Positions 10,525 to 20,118 of a DNA stretch of 64,000 nt are shown here, piece by piece (within the stretch, counting starts at the first letter, position 1; each line of letters opens with the position of its first letter). Source of the DNA: Planctomycetota bacterium (GTDB taxonomy: Bacteria; Planctomycetota; SZUA-567; H5-PLA8); the NCBI GenBank assembly GCA_038227875.1, contig JBBRPR010000024.1, forward strand, positions 32,001-96,000. Direction: 5' to 3'. Under the pieces are notes generated by a model that was not told where the DNA came from, did not search any database, and worked only from the letters and a program-made list of their open reading frames with translations. A program made the translations under genes and the position numbers.

Positions 10525-11727
10525 TCACGCCGCTTCACTCGGCGCACTGCGCTTGCGCGCGCGGCCTTTCAACACCAGCGATCCGCAGAGCAGATCGTGC
10601 AGGCTGCGTTCGTTCGGGTCAATCGCGGCGATGAACCAGCCGGGAATCAGCAGCCATTTGCAGACGGCGCGTAACATCACGCGGCCGGGTTTCAGCTCCG
10701 CGCCCAGGTAATTGCGGATCACCACGACCACCAGTTTCTTGCCGATGCTCGCGCCGATCAATAGATGCAAAAAGCCATCGTTGAAAATTCCGGTCAGAAT
10801 AAAAATCGCCAGGATCGTGCCGAAACCGACCAGCGACCGCGGCAGAATTCCCTGCAGCGCGGCGACGACTAACAGCGCCGTGACGGTGATTGCAAACGTG
10901 AGGTCGATGAAGCCGGCCAGGCCCCGGCGCAGAATTCCCGCCAGCGGCCACGCCGCGATGTGCCCGCCGCTGCCGACTTGAATCCGCGGCGTCTCCGGGC
11001 GCTGCGGACGCAGGCGGTCGGCGGCCGTCATCGCCGCCGTCGTCGCGGCCATGATCGGATCGTTCGACGACATGGGCACTTCCGGCACCAGCAGCGCCAG
11101 CTCGGTGACGATGTCGTCCTGCTGCAGCACCAGGTCCAGTGCCTTGTCCAGATCGGCTTTGGTGAACGTCGCCGATTTTTTGCGCTCCGGCAATTCCGTG
11201 CTCCCCGGCGCGCTGCCGGGCACAACGCCGAAGTCCAGCGTCTTCAACAACGCGTCGTGGCCGGGCAGCCGGATGCGCCGCCCGCATTTCGGGCAGCGAC
11301 CGTACGCATTTTCGCTGCGCGTGGGCGTCAGCAGCCGCTTGCCGCAAAAGCACGTCACCTTCCAATGCTCTTTGCCGTTCAGTTCGGTGACCAGCTCGTA
11401 TTCCGGCGCCTGATCGTAAGACCCCGACGGCGCCTTGATGTTCTTCGTCTCCAGCATCGGATCGGTGTGCGAGGTGAGATTGGGACTTGGCGCGCGCCGC
11501 ACGGTCTGAGCGTTGGGGTCGGACGCCGGACTGTCGTCGCTTTGCATCGGCACGCTGATCGTCGTGTCTTCCGGCCGCGAATTCGCGCCCTCGCCGCGCC
11601 CTTGATCGCGCTTGGGCACCGGCACATCGACGCTCTTCTGGCACTTCAAACAATACGCCTTCCGCCCCGCAAACGTCTCGGGAACCTCCAGCACCTCGCC
11701 GCAGGAACATTGGAACGAAATTACCAT
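10525..11727 (-). CDS. RDD family membrane protein with two N-terminal Zn-ribbons
   Basis: CSCG..CLKC and CFCG..CPKC; LAGILRRGLAGFID, SIGK, RSLHDLLCGSLV. Confidence 0.85.
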   Translation of the reverse strand: MVISFQCSCGEVLEVPETFAGRKAYCLKCQKSVDVPVPKRDQGRGEGANSRPEDTTISVPMQSDDSPASDPNAQTVRRAPSPNLTSHTDPMLETKNIKAPSGSYDQAPEYELVTELNGKEHWKVTCFCGKRLLTPTRSENAYGRCPKCGRRIRLPGHDALLKTLDFGVVPGSAPGSTELPERKKSATFTKADLDKALDLVLQQDDIVTELALLVPEVPMSSNDPIMAATTAAMTAADRLRPQRPETPRIQVGSGGHIAAWPLAGILRRGLAGFIDLTFAITVTALLVVAALQGILPRSLVGFGTILAIFILTGIFNDGFLHLLIGASIGKKLVVVVIRNYLGAELKPGRVMLRAVCKWLLIPGWFIAAIDPNERSLHDLLCGSLVLKGRARKRSAPSEAA

Positions 11728-11786
11728 AGATGGGTTATCGTCGGCCGAATTGCGAGAGGCGTCAATGGATAAACGGCGCTTCGCGC

Positions 11787-12040
11787 AGGGGTCAGGGGCC
11801 AGGGGCCAGGGGTCAGAAATAGAGCGCGCGCAGGGGAGGTATAATGCGCGTTCGTTCCGGGGGGCAGAGTTGGCTTGAGGGCGTCACGTATCGCCGCTCG
11901 CAACACTTCCTACTGCTCCTGCCTTCTGCTTCTTTCACCCAGAAGTAAACCTGGCGCACGACCACCCCTGCGCGCGCTCTATTCTGACCCCTGCCCCTGC
12001 CCCCTGACCCCTGACCCCTGGCCCCTCGCGCGTTAGCGCG
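11787..12040. mobile_element. MITE-like element with inverted heptamer arms (AGGGGTC)n...(GACCCCT)n
   Basis: The arms continue into an inner IR, ATAGAGCGCGCGCAGGGG / CCCCTGCGCGCGCTCTAT. No credible internal ORF. Confidence 0.7.
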
Positions 12041-12126
12041 CTCCCCCTTGCCACCTGCCAATGCTCGCGCTAACATGTCTGACGTAGCGGCCCTTCGGCC
12101 CGCGCTTCTCGGGGGTTTACTGATTC

Positions 12127-13101
12127 ATGCGACGCATCGATGCTCATTGTCATTTCAACGGCAATCATCCGGCTTCAGCAAAATTCTGCGACGATCTCAA
12201 CGTCAAGATCTTGAGCATTTGCATCGGCACCGATACCAACGGCGCGTGGCGCACGCAGGCCGACCGTTACGGCGCGATGACCCAGAAATATCCCGAGCAG
12301 TACGCGTGGATCACCAGCTTCGATCTGCCGCGCTTCGATGACCGGGGCTACGTCGACAAGGTGATCAACCAGCTCGACCGTGATTTCGCGGCCGGCGCGA
12401 TCGCCTGCAAAGTCTGGAAGAATCTGGGCATGGAAGTAAAGCACCCCGACGGGCGCTGGTTCCAGGTCGACGATCCGCTGCTCTCGCCGATCTTCGATTA
12501 CCTGGCAAAGTCGAACAAGACGCTGGCGATGCATATCGGCGAACCGATGGCCTGCTGGCGTCCGCTCGACAAGACCAGCCCGCACTACGGCTACTACAGC
12601 GTCAATCCGCAGTGGCACATGTACGGCAAATCCGAATGGCTTTCGCACGCCGATCACATCAAGGCGCGCGACAACGTCGCCGCTCAGCACCCCACGCTGC
12701 GCATCGTCGGCTGCCACTTTGGCAGTCTGGAATACGATACCGACGAAGTCGCCAAGCGTCTCGACCAGTACCCCAACTTTGCCGTCGATACGTCCGCGCG
12801 GCTGGGCGACATGATGATCCAGGACCGCGAGAAGGTGCGGAACTTCTTCCTGAAGTACCAGGACCGCATTCTCTTCGGCACCGACCTGTTCACTCACGCC
12901 GACGTACCCAGCCCCACCGACGAACAGCGCGCGCAGATTCACAAAGACGTCAAGGAATGCGCGCTGGCGTGGTTCGATTTCCTCGGCACCGACAAGGTTG
13001 TCAGCTACTGGGACCACTCCGCCAAGGGCCTGGCCCTACCCCCGGACGTCTGCGAAAAGATCTGGCTGCACAACGCCAAGCACTGGTACCCGGGGATCTG
13101 A
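12127..13101 (+). CDS. amidohydrolase family (amidohydro_2-like) protein
   Basis: IDAHCH, KVWK, MHIGEP, VGCHFG, DRILFGTD. Confidence 0.88.
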   Translation: MRRIDAHCHFNGNHPASAKFCDDLNVKILSICIGTDTNGAWRTQADRYGAMTQKYPEQYAWITSFDLPRFDDRGYVDKVINQLDRDFAAGAIACKVWKNLGMEVKHPDGRWFQVDDPLLSPIFDYLAKSNKTLAMHIGEPMACWRPLDKTSPHYGYYSVNPQWHMYGKSEWLSHADHIKARDNVAAQHPTLRIVGCHFGSLEYDTDEVAKRLDQYPNFAVDTSARLGDMMIQDREKVRNFFLKYQDRILFGTDLFTHADVPSPTDEQRAQIHKDVKECALAWFDFLGTDKVVSYWDHSAKGLALPPDVCEKIWLHNAKHWYPGI

Positions 13102-13103
13102 GT

Positions 13104-13642
13104 GGCGGCTCCTGGCTCTTGGGAGTGGGGCAGGGGGTTGACGCGAAGCACGGCGAGATGGTTGTGTGTCAAGGAGCAAGCGGCCGTATGCTTGCTCCTT
13201 GCTCAGCGCCTGTCGCTTTAAAAAACATGCTTCTTTCCAGTGAGTGACGCGTGCGCGGGAATCGCAGCCCCTATGGAAATCCATCCCAACCACGCCGCCG
13301 CGCTCAAAACGCTCAGCCCCGCGTTGCGTCCCATTCTCGATCTCGAACTCGCGCTCGGCAACGCGGTCCACGCGGCGGATCTCGGCGCCTGGTCGGATTC
13401 CCCGCTGGTCGTCACACTGCGCAACCCGCTCCACCTCGACGACATCCGCACGAAACTCGCGCTGCCGTCCGATCGCGTGACGTTCTGGGAAAACACCGAC
13501 ACGCACTATCCACTCGAACGCGGCTTCTCCTGCAAAGAGACGAAGCACTCGATCTCAGGACCGACGGGCATTTAGCTCTTGGCACCAACTCTTCCCGACA
13601 GGCCCAAGAGCCGAGAGCCAAGAGCCAGCAGCCAGGAGCCGC
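13104..13642. mobile_element. composite element (filled form) with the same ends as 9719-10016, enclosing one ORF
   Basis: 13-bp IR GCGGCTCCTGGCT/AGCCAGGAGCCGC. Shares CTCTTGGGAGTGG, the REP-B left copy (13162-13209) and CCCGACAGGCCCAAGAGCC with the empty form. Confidence 0.65.
13273..13575 (+). CDS. hypothetical protein (cargo of the composite element)
   Basis: About 100-aa ORF with host-like GC3 codon usage (PILDLELALGN...DTHYP...FSCKETKHSISGP). Confidence 0.65.
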   Translation: MEIHPNHAAALKTLSPALRPILDLELALGNAVHAADLGAWSDSPLVVTLRNPLHLDDIRTKLALPSDRVTFWENTDTHYPLERGFSCKETKHSISGPTGI

Positions 13643-13749
13643 TTATAATCTCGCCCCGAAATTCTAATGGCTAACTTCATCCCTTCGGGCAAAATCGCTG
13701 CTCCCGCGGACACAGTTTGCCCACGGAAAGAAGCCCCCAAGGAGAAATC

Positions 13750-15483
13750 ATGAATCGAGCTAGCGTCCGTACGCTGCTGAAGCCGTGTATTGTGTTCGCC
13801 GTCGTGGTCTTGAGTTCCTTCACGCTCCGCGCCGAAGATGTGCCTCAGCCCATTGATCTGGGCACCAAGGACGTCTCGGTCTATGTGGCCGTGCCCAACT
13901 TGAATTCCTTGCTCGACAACGCCGAAGCGGTGGCCAAGCAGTTCAATCCGCAGCAGCCGCCTGGACAGTTGAAGATGACGCTGGGCTTCATGCTCGGCGA
14001 TCCGGCGCTGGCCAATCTCGATGCCTCCAAGCCGATCGTCGCAATGCTCTTCAAGACGCCGCCGACGGATACGCCCGCCGGTCCGCCGCCGTTCGCGCTC
14101 TTCATTCCCGCCAAGGCCGCCGCGCCGTTCGACGGAGCCTTCACGCGCATGAAGATGGTAACGTCATTCTCCGGCGGCGTGCTCGTCGTCGCGCAGACCG
14201 CTGACGCCCTGACTCTGGGCCAGACACAACTGGCCGCTTATCAGAAGATCGCCGACGCCAAGATCAAGGGCGACGTGCGCGTGTATCTGGGCGCCGCCAA
14301 CCTGATGGAAAGCTTTGGTCCGCTGGTGCAGAAGGGCATGGACCTGGTCAAGCAGCAGTTGGCCGTGGCCACGGCCGCCAATCCCGCTGCCGCCGGCATG
14401 GACCCCCAGGCGCTGGGAAAGATTCTGGGCATCGAAATGAAGGTGCTCGCCGAAATGCTCAACGAACTCGATTCAGTCCAGTACGACATCTCGATCAAAG
14501 CCGACCAGATCAACGTGGAACATCTCGTCTGCGCCAAGAAGGAAAGCCCGCTGGCCGCGCTCTTCGGCACGCCGCCTCCCGGCATCAACAAGACGCTGAT
14601 GCTGCTGTCCAAGAGCGGGTCGATGACCGGCGCGTTCCGCATCAGCCCCGCTGGCTACAAGGTCTTCATCAACAAAATGATCTCGCTGGTGACCAAGGAT
14701 CCGGAATTCGCGGACGTCGGCGGTAAGGACGTGCAGGAAATGTTCAGTGGCATGGCCGACTACATGGGCGGCGACATGGCCATGTCGATGGATCTGCTGC
14801 CCACCGGCGGCATGGCGATGGAAATGGCTGTAACCATCACCGACGATAAAAAATACCTGACCTTCGTGGAGAACATGGTCAAGCTGATGGGTCCGGACGG
14901 CTCCCTGGGGAAGATGTACGCGGACATGGGCATGAAGATGACTGCCGAGCTGCAGAAAGCTGTGCGTCAGCACGGTGGCGTGGATGTTCATCGCATGAAG
15001 ATCGACTTCGACACCACCAAGATGGCGCCTGCGCAAGCCGCGCAGATCAAGAATATGCCCAAGGAAACAGACGTGGCGATCGTCAAAGGACTCTACCTCG
15101 GGTCGTATGATCCGGCGGAACTCGACAAGCTGATCGACAAGGCCCTCGCCGGCAACGTCAAGCCTGACGTCTCCCTGGAATCGATCTCCGCGTTTGGCGA
15201 CGGCAAGCAGGTCTACATGGACCTTGACGCCATCGGCTTTATGCAGAATGCCATGGCCGCCATGCCCGGCAATCCTGCTTCGGCGATGTTCAGCCAGCTG
15301 AAATCCAAAGCGCCGATGCTGATGGCCGGCAGCTACAACGGCGGTCGCTTCTTTGGCCAGATCCGCGTTCCGCTGGCGCCGTTCATCGAAATGTCGACGA
15401 TCGCCCGCAAAGGCGCCGGCAAAGCTCCCGCACCCGCCCCGGGCCCAGGCGACGGCGACGAGAAGAAGGACGAGAAGTTTTGA
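13750..15483 (+). CDS. secreted Met-rich hypothetical protein (possibly DUF3352-like)
   Basis: AGGAG RBS, signal peptide ending TLRA-ED, strong codon bias, followed by a terminator. Confidence 0.75.
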   Translation: MNRASVRTLLKPCIVFAVVVLSSFTLRAEDVPQPIDLGTKDVSVYVAVPNLNSLLDNAEAVAKQFNPQQPPGQLKMTLGFMLGDPALANLDASKPIVAMLFKTPPTDTPAGPPPFALFIPAKAAAPFDGAFTRMKMVTSFSGGVLVVAQTADALTLGQTQLAAYQKIADAKIKGDVRVYLGAANLMESFGPLVQKGMDLVKQQLAVATAANPAAAGMDPQALGKILGIEMKVLAEMLNELDSVQYDISIKADQINVEHLVCAKKESPLAALFGTPPPGINKTLMLLSKSGSMTGAFRISPAGYKVFINKMISLVTKDPEFADVGGKDVQEMFSGMADYMGGDMAMSMDLLPTGGMAMEMAVTITDDKKYLTFVENMVKLMGPDGSLGKMYADMGMKMTAELQKAVRQHGGVDVHRMKIDFDTTKMAPAQAAQIKNMPKETDVAIVKGLYLGSYDPAELDKLIDKALAGNVKPDVSLESISAFGDGKQVYMDLDAIGFMQNAMAAMPGNPASAMFSQLKSKAPMLMAGSYNGGRFFGQIRVPLAPFIEMSTIARKGAGKAPAPAPGPGDGDEKKDEKF

Positions 15484-15485
15484 TC

Positions 15486-15515
15486 GAATGACGAATGTCG
15501 AATGTCGAATGTCGA
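15486..15515. repeat. (CGAATGT)n heptamer array
   Basis: CGAATGACGAATGTCGAATGTCGAATGTCGAA immediately after the stop codon. Confidence 0.85.
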
Positions 15516-15518
15516 AAA

Positions 15519-15550
15519 AGCGCGCCGCATGTAGCGGCGCGTTTTTTTTT
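15519..15550 (+). terminator. rho-independent terminator
   Basis: GCGCCGC-ATGTA-GCGGCGC followed by G and T9. Confidence 0.9.
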
Positions 15551-15840
15551 CGAAAGAGTAGCGCTTGAGTCTGTAAAAAATCGAGCCATAACCCGCGAGG
15601 GGTGGCCCGGCCCCTCGGGCCGGGTTGCGTCAGCAACAAGAGGCTCCAGGACGGACGTTCCCCTGCCGGAATTTCATACGACTTCGTAGCGATCTGTACT
15701 GTCGTTGCCTCTAAAGCCACCCTCGCGCGTTGGTCGCTGAGTGAAGGCTCGGATAGCAGATTCTCCACGCCTCCCCGCACGGTTCTGCCGATACCTCATC
15801 ACCGCTGCTCTTCCACTTTTCGGAAAAGTACGAAGGCGGT

Positions 15841-15869
15841 TTGAATTTGGTGTCCCCCAATCCTAAAAT
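15841..15869 (+). promoter_or_regulatory. putative sigma70 promoter giving a (near-)leaderless lspA-pyrD mRNA
   Basis: TTGAAT-N17-TAAAAT ending 9 nt before the lspA ATG; no SD sequence. Confidence 0.55.
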
Positions 15870-15878
15870 CGTGCAAAG

Positions 15879-16448
15879 ATGCGCAAACCTCAGAATTTCA
15901 CATTGCTGGTGCTGATTGGGATTGTCCTCGATCATGCTTCCAAATTCCTGGTCTTCACCAAGCTGGCACCCGGACAGTTCGTGGTGGTGGCCGACAACTG
16001 GCTGGAAATCCGCCCCGAGAAAAACTTCGGCGTCGCCTTCAGCATGTTCCGCAATCACCCGTCCTTCATTCTCATCGTCTCGCTCATCGCGCTCGCGCTG
16101 ATTACCCTGCTCTATATCCGCGTCTGGCGCACCGCGCATCCGCTCCTGGTCTGTTCGCTGGGCTTGCTCCTCGTCGGCGCGATCGGCAACCTGATCGACC
16201 GGCTCGTCTTCGGCTTCGTCCGCGACTTCATCGACTTCGTCCACCCGCTGCCGATCGTCGAACACTGGGCCGTCTTCAACGTCGCCGACATCTGCATCAC
16301 CGTCGGCGTCTTCCTCTTTCTGATCACCGAGATTTTCTTCAAAGACCCCGCGCACGCGAAACCCACTCCGGCTGTGGAAGTTACGCCTGCCGCGCCCGCG
16401 AGCGCGCCGCCCGCGTCGACTTCATCGAGTTCAGGAAACACGCCATGA
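15879..16448 (+). CDS. lspA: lipoprotein signal peptidase II
   Basis: DHASK, NFGVAFS, GAIGNLIDR, VRDFI, FNVADICI. Confidence 0.97.
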   Translation: MRKPQNFTLLVLIGIVLDHASKFLVFTKLAPGQFVVVADNWLEIRPEKNFGVAFSMFRNHPSFILIVSLIALALITLLYIRVWRTAHPLLVCSLGLLLVGAIGNLIDRLVFGFVRDFIDFVHPLPIVEHWAVFNVADICITVGVFLFLITEIFFKDPAHAKPTPAVEVTPAAPASAPPASTSSSSGNTP

Positions 16449-17356
16449 GCGACCTGTCTGTCAAACTCGGGCCCCTGACGCTCAATGGCCCGCTGATCGC
16501 CGCATCGGGAACGTTCGGTTACGGCAGCGAGTACGCACCGATCGTCGATCTGTCGAAACTCGGCGCGGTCGTGACCAAATCCTTAAGCGTCCTGCCGCGC
16601 GAAGGCAATCCCGCACCGCGCATCTGGGAAACGCCGGCGGGGATGCTCAACGCCATCGGCCTGGAAAATTGTGGCCTGGAAAGTTTCATCGCGCACCGCG
16701 TACCAGAACTGGCCACGCTCCCCACGAAAGTGCTGGTCAACGTCGTCGGCAATTCGATTGAAGACTACGCGACGATCTGCTCGCGCCTGGATTCCGTGGA
16801 AGCCGTCGACGGCTTTGAAATCAACATCTCCTGTCCCAACGTGAAGCACGGTTGCGCGTTCTCGTCGCGCGCCGACGACTGCCTGCGCCTGATCAAAGCG
16901 CTGCGACCGACGACGAAGAAGCTGCTGATGATCAAGCTCTCGCCCAACGTCACCGACATCGCCGAAATCGCGCGCGCCGCGGTGGAAGGCGGCGGCGACG
17001 CGCTCTCGCTGATCAACACCGTACTGGGCATGGCCATCGACCCGAAGACGCGCAAGCCGCGCATCGCCAACACGACCGGCGGACTTTCCGGCCCGGCCAT
17101 CCGCCCCGTCGCCGTGCGCTGCGTCTACCAGGTCGCCAGGGCCTGCCCGAACGTGCCGATCGTCGGTATCGGCGGCATCCGCACTGTCGCCGACGCGCTG
17201 GAATTTTTCATCGCCGGCGCCTGCGCCGTCCAAGCCGGCACCGTCAACTATATCGACCCCGATTTCTCCAACCGCTTCAACGCCGAACTGAACACGTGGC
17301 TCGATGCTGAGAAGCTCTCCTCACTCAAGCAACTCGTCGGCACCGTTCAGATCTAA
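16445..17356 (+). CDS. pyrD: dihydroorotate dehydrogenase family 1 (1B-type catalytic subunit)
   Basis: ASGTFGYG, GNPAPRI.ETPAGMLNAIGLEN, EINISCPNV, KLSPN, GGLSGPAI; ATGA overlap with lspA. Confidence 0.96.
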   Translation: MSDLSVKLGPLTLNGPLIAASGTFGYGSEYAPIVDLSKLGAVVTKSLSVLPREGNPAPRIWETPAGMLNAIGLENCGLESFIAHRVPELATLPTKVLVNVVGNSIEDYATICSRLDSVEAVDGFEINISCPNVKHGCAFSSRADDCLRLIKALRPTTKKLLMIKLSPNVTDIAEIARAAVEGGGDALSLINTVLGMAIDPKTRKPRIANTTGGLSGPAIRPVAVRCVYQVARACPNVPIVGIGGIRTVADALEFFIAGACAVQAGTVNYIDPDFSNRFNAELNTWLDAEKLSSLKQLVGTVQI

Positions 17357-17535
17357 ACCGCACGTCGTATCTCAATATCGAAAATCGGTGCCCGGCGCGT
17401 CGATCCACTTCAGGCATTTATGTCTTTGCGCACGCACGTGCTGGGCGGGAAATCGCCCATGCGCGGTGGCTCCATAGTTGCGCCGATTCTCCCAGAGAAC
17501 GATTTTCTGCAATGCGACTCAAAGGAGATTCAATC

Positions 17536-17865
17536 GTGAGAAAAACGAAAGAGAACCTGGCCCACCCCGCTCGTGGCAATGCGCAGATGCGTGACGCTGC
17601 CGAGACGGCGAACGAAGAACGCGCCGAAGCCACCGGCGGCGCGTTGTCCACCGACGGTGTCGGCTCCGGCTTCGATGCCGAAGACGCGGAAGACGCCGAA
17701 GTGGAGACCGACGAAGCCACCGGCGATGGACCGATGTCCGGCGAAATGACCGACCCGCCCACCACCAAGCGAGCGGAAGGCACGAAGAAGAACCGCAAGC
17801 ACGGCTTGAAGCCGCCACACGGCAAGAGCAACCACGCTGCCGCAAACTCGTCGAAGAAAATCTGA
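17536..17865 (+). CDS. small disordered acidic/basic hypothetical protein
   Basis: AAAGGAG RBS before a GTG start; acidic core with a basic C-terminus. Confidence 0.55.
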   Translation: MRKTKENLAHPARGNAQMRDAAETANEERAEATGGALSTDGVGSGFDAEDAEDAEVETDEATGDGPMSGEMTDPPTTKRAEGTKKNRKHGLKPPHGKSNHAAANSSKKI

Positions 17866-17875
17866 GCCGCGCGGG

Positions 17876-18802
17876 TTAATTCACCCGCACGACAATCTTC
17901 CCACGCATCCCGCCCTGCTCAGCGCGCGCGAACGCAGCGCGCGCTTCCGAAAGCGGATACTCGCCCGCGATCAACACCTTCAACTCGCCTGCATCGATTT
18001 TTTGCGCGATCTCCGCCAGTTCCGAGCCGCGCGCTTCGACCAGCATAAACGCATCCTTCACGCGCGGATCGCTCACGCCTTCGCTCTGCGCCGCGATCGT
18101 AACCAGCGTTCCGCCGGGCTTTAAAACCGTCCACGAACGCGCCAGCGTCTCCCCACCGATGCTGTCGAAGACGGCGTCCACATCGCGCACGGTTTCATCG
18201 AATCGCGTCGTCTTGTAGTCCAGCACCTCCGCCGCGCCGAGTGAGCGCACAAACTCGATCGTGCTGGCCGAGGCCGTCGCGATCACGTGAGCTCCCGCGC
18301 GTGCCGCCAGTTGCACCGCGAAAATTCCCACGCCGCCGGCCGCACCGTGAATCAGCACGCGCTGTCCGCGCTTCAAGTTCGCCCGGCCGAACAGGCCCTG
18401 CCACGCCGTTAGCGCGGAAATCGGCACCGCCGCCGCATGGACATGGTCCAGCGACGCAGGCTTGGCCGCGATCCCTGATGCCGCCACGACGCAGAATTCT
18501 GCCAGCGCTCCGTTCACGAACCAATCGTTGAGCCCGTACACGACCGCGCCCGCCGCCCAACCGGAAACCTTCGCGCCGACTGCTTCGATCACGCCGGAGA
18601 ACTCATGGCTGAGCACCAGCGGAAACGTACGCGGTTGGCCATCGCGCTGAGTAAACGTGGGGAACCATTGCAATTCCGTCGGCGTCACCGCCGTCGCGTG
18701 CACACGGACGAGCACCTCGCCCGCGCCGGGCTGCGGCCGCGGAATCTCCCGCGGAACGAGCGCTTCATGACCGGCTTTCCGTTCCAGCACCATGGCTTTC
18801 AT
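17876..18802 (-). CDS. NADP-dependent quinone oxidoreductase-like (MDR family)
   Basis: EVLVRVHA, HEFSGVIEAVG, LTAWQGL, VLIHGAAGGVG, GKIVV. Confidence 0.92.
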   Translation of the reverse strand: MKAMVLERKAGHEALVPREIPRPQPGAGEVLVRVHATAVTPTELQWFPTFTQRDGQPRTFPLVLSHEFSGVIEAVGAKVSGWAAGAVVYGLNDWFVNGALAEFCVVAASGIAAKPASLDHVHAAAVPISALTAWQGLFGRANLKRGQRVLIHGAAGGVGIFAVQLAARAGAHVIATASASTIEFVRSLGAAEVLDYKTTRFDETVRDVDAVFDSIGGETLARSWTVLKPGGTLVTIAAQSEGVSDPRVKDAFMLVEARGSELAEIAQKIDAGELKVLIAGEYPLSEARAAFARAEQGGMRGKIVVRVN

Positions 18803-18887
18803 CGTGGCTCTCCCGGCAATCTCCAAACGAATTCGCCCGCGCAAACTACCGCGGGCGAAAAAGCGTGACAAAGGGAAATGGCGGATG

Positions 18888-19829
18888 TTACTCGTCTTCC
18901 GGCCCCGACAACTTCCGCTGAGCCAGCGGCGTCTGCGCCGGCGGCTTTCCGTCTTTGGCCACGGGCGGCGGATTCTTCAGCAGCATGTCGCGCAAGGTCG
19001 CGTCCGGGCGGATGTCATCGGCACGAATCTCGGCCACATCCTTGAACTTCACTTCCTGCGCTTTCGCCTGCGTCTTCGCGCGCAGCTGGCGATCGTAATC
19101 GAGCCACAGGTCGCCCTTGCGTTCCCACCATTTCACAATTTCCTGATCGATGCGCGGCCGCGATTCCATCTGCGTGCCGGCGATGCCATTGATCGTCTTG
19201 GTGACCAGCCCGATCAACTCTTCTTCGCTCCGCCAGCGCAGCGGCTCGCGGTTCTGCCATTCCGGATACCCGCTCTTGGGCGGCGCCGGCTTGGAAGGAG
19301 TTTCGCCCGGCGACGGCGGATCGCCCGCCGCGATGTAACCGCCGTTGGAGCTGTACGAATTCCACTGCCACGGATTCCAGCGCAATGAATGCAGGAAGCC
19401 GACCAGCTCGTTCAACGCCGCCCACTTGTAGCGCAGCGCGCCCAGGCGCACGGCTTTTTCCACCTTCACGCCTTCTTCGGTCTCCTTCTTGAAACTGTCC
19501 GCTGCCAGGTACGCCGTGTAGCCGTACTCATCGTCGCAGTGAACCAGCGCGAAAAACGCACGCGAACGCACTTCCGGATCCGGGTCGCGCAGGCTGACCG
19601 AATACAGCGTCTCGATCGAACGCTGATCCTTGGCGCGATCCAGTTTCGTGATCGCCGCGATCCGCTTCTTCGCGGGCTGTTCATTGTAGGCCGCGAGGAA
19701 ATCGAGATGCTTCTGCTCTTCCGACGTATCCACGGAAAACCCGAACGACGACGACGTCAAACTCACCGCCAGAATTAGTGTGAAGATTCGATGTGAAAAA
19801 AACATGGGCGAACTTCCTTTCGAGGTCAT
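18888..19829 (-). CDS. secreted HEAT-repeat-containing hypothetical protein
   Basis: Signal-like N-terminus; LRDPDPEVRSRAFFAL; WWE motif. Confidence 0.65.
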   Translation of the reverse strand: MTSKGSSPMFFSHRIFTLILAVSLTSSSFGFSVDTSEEQKHLDFLAAYNEQPAKKRIAAITKLDRAKDQRSIETLYSVSLRDPDPEVRSRAFFALVHCDDEYGYTAYLAADSFKKETEEGVKVEKAVRLGALRYKWAALNELVGFLHSLRWNPWQWNSYSSNGGYIAAGDPPSPGETPSKPAPPKSGYPEWQNREPLRWRSEEELIGLVTKTINGIAGTQMESRPRIDQEIVKWWERKGDLWLDYDRQLRAKTQAKAQEVKFKDVAEIRADDIRPDATLRDMLLKNPPPVAKDGKPPAQTPLAQRKLSGPEDE

Positions 19830-20118
19830 GCCGGCTCACCGGCATCCAACAGTTACCTGTTACACATGTGCACTTCCCGCGCCTCTATGCCGGAATTGGA
19901 AAAGATAATTTGTGCGCGTTGCGCGCTGGAATTTTTCGCCGATTTCTGCCCGATAATCACCACTGCACGCTATATGGAACGCTATGCCCCTACAAAGTGC
20001 GCCACTCACGTTCGACGAATATCGACACGCCCTACTCCGAATTTCTCATTCTGTTGAAGGTGATGGCAGCGCGCTTTCTCACCAGTAAGATCATTTTTTC
20101 ACACTTCGAGAACGCTCC

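Noticed and set aside
15760..15830. SRP RNA-like words (GGAAG/AGCAG) on the minus strand
   Set aside because: The conserved SRP domain IV order and stem could not be built.
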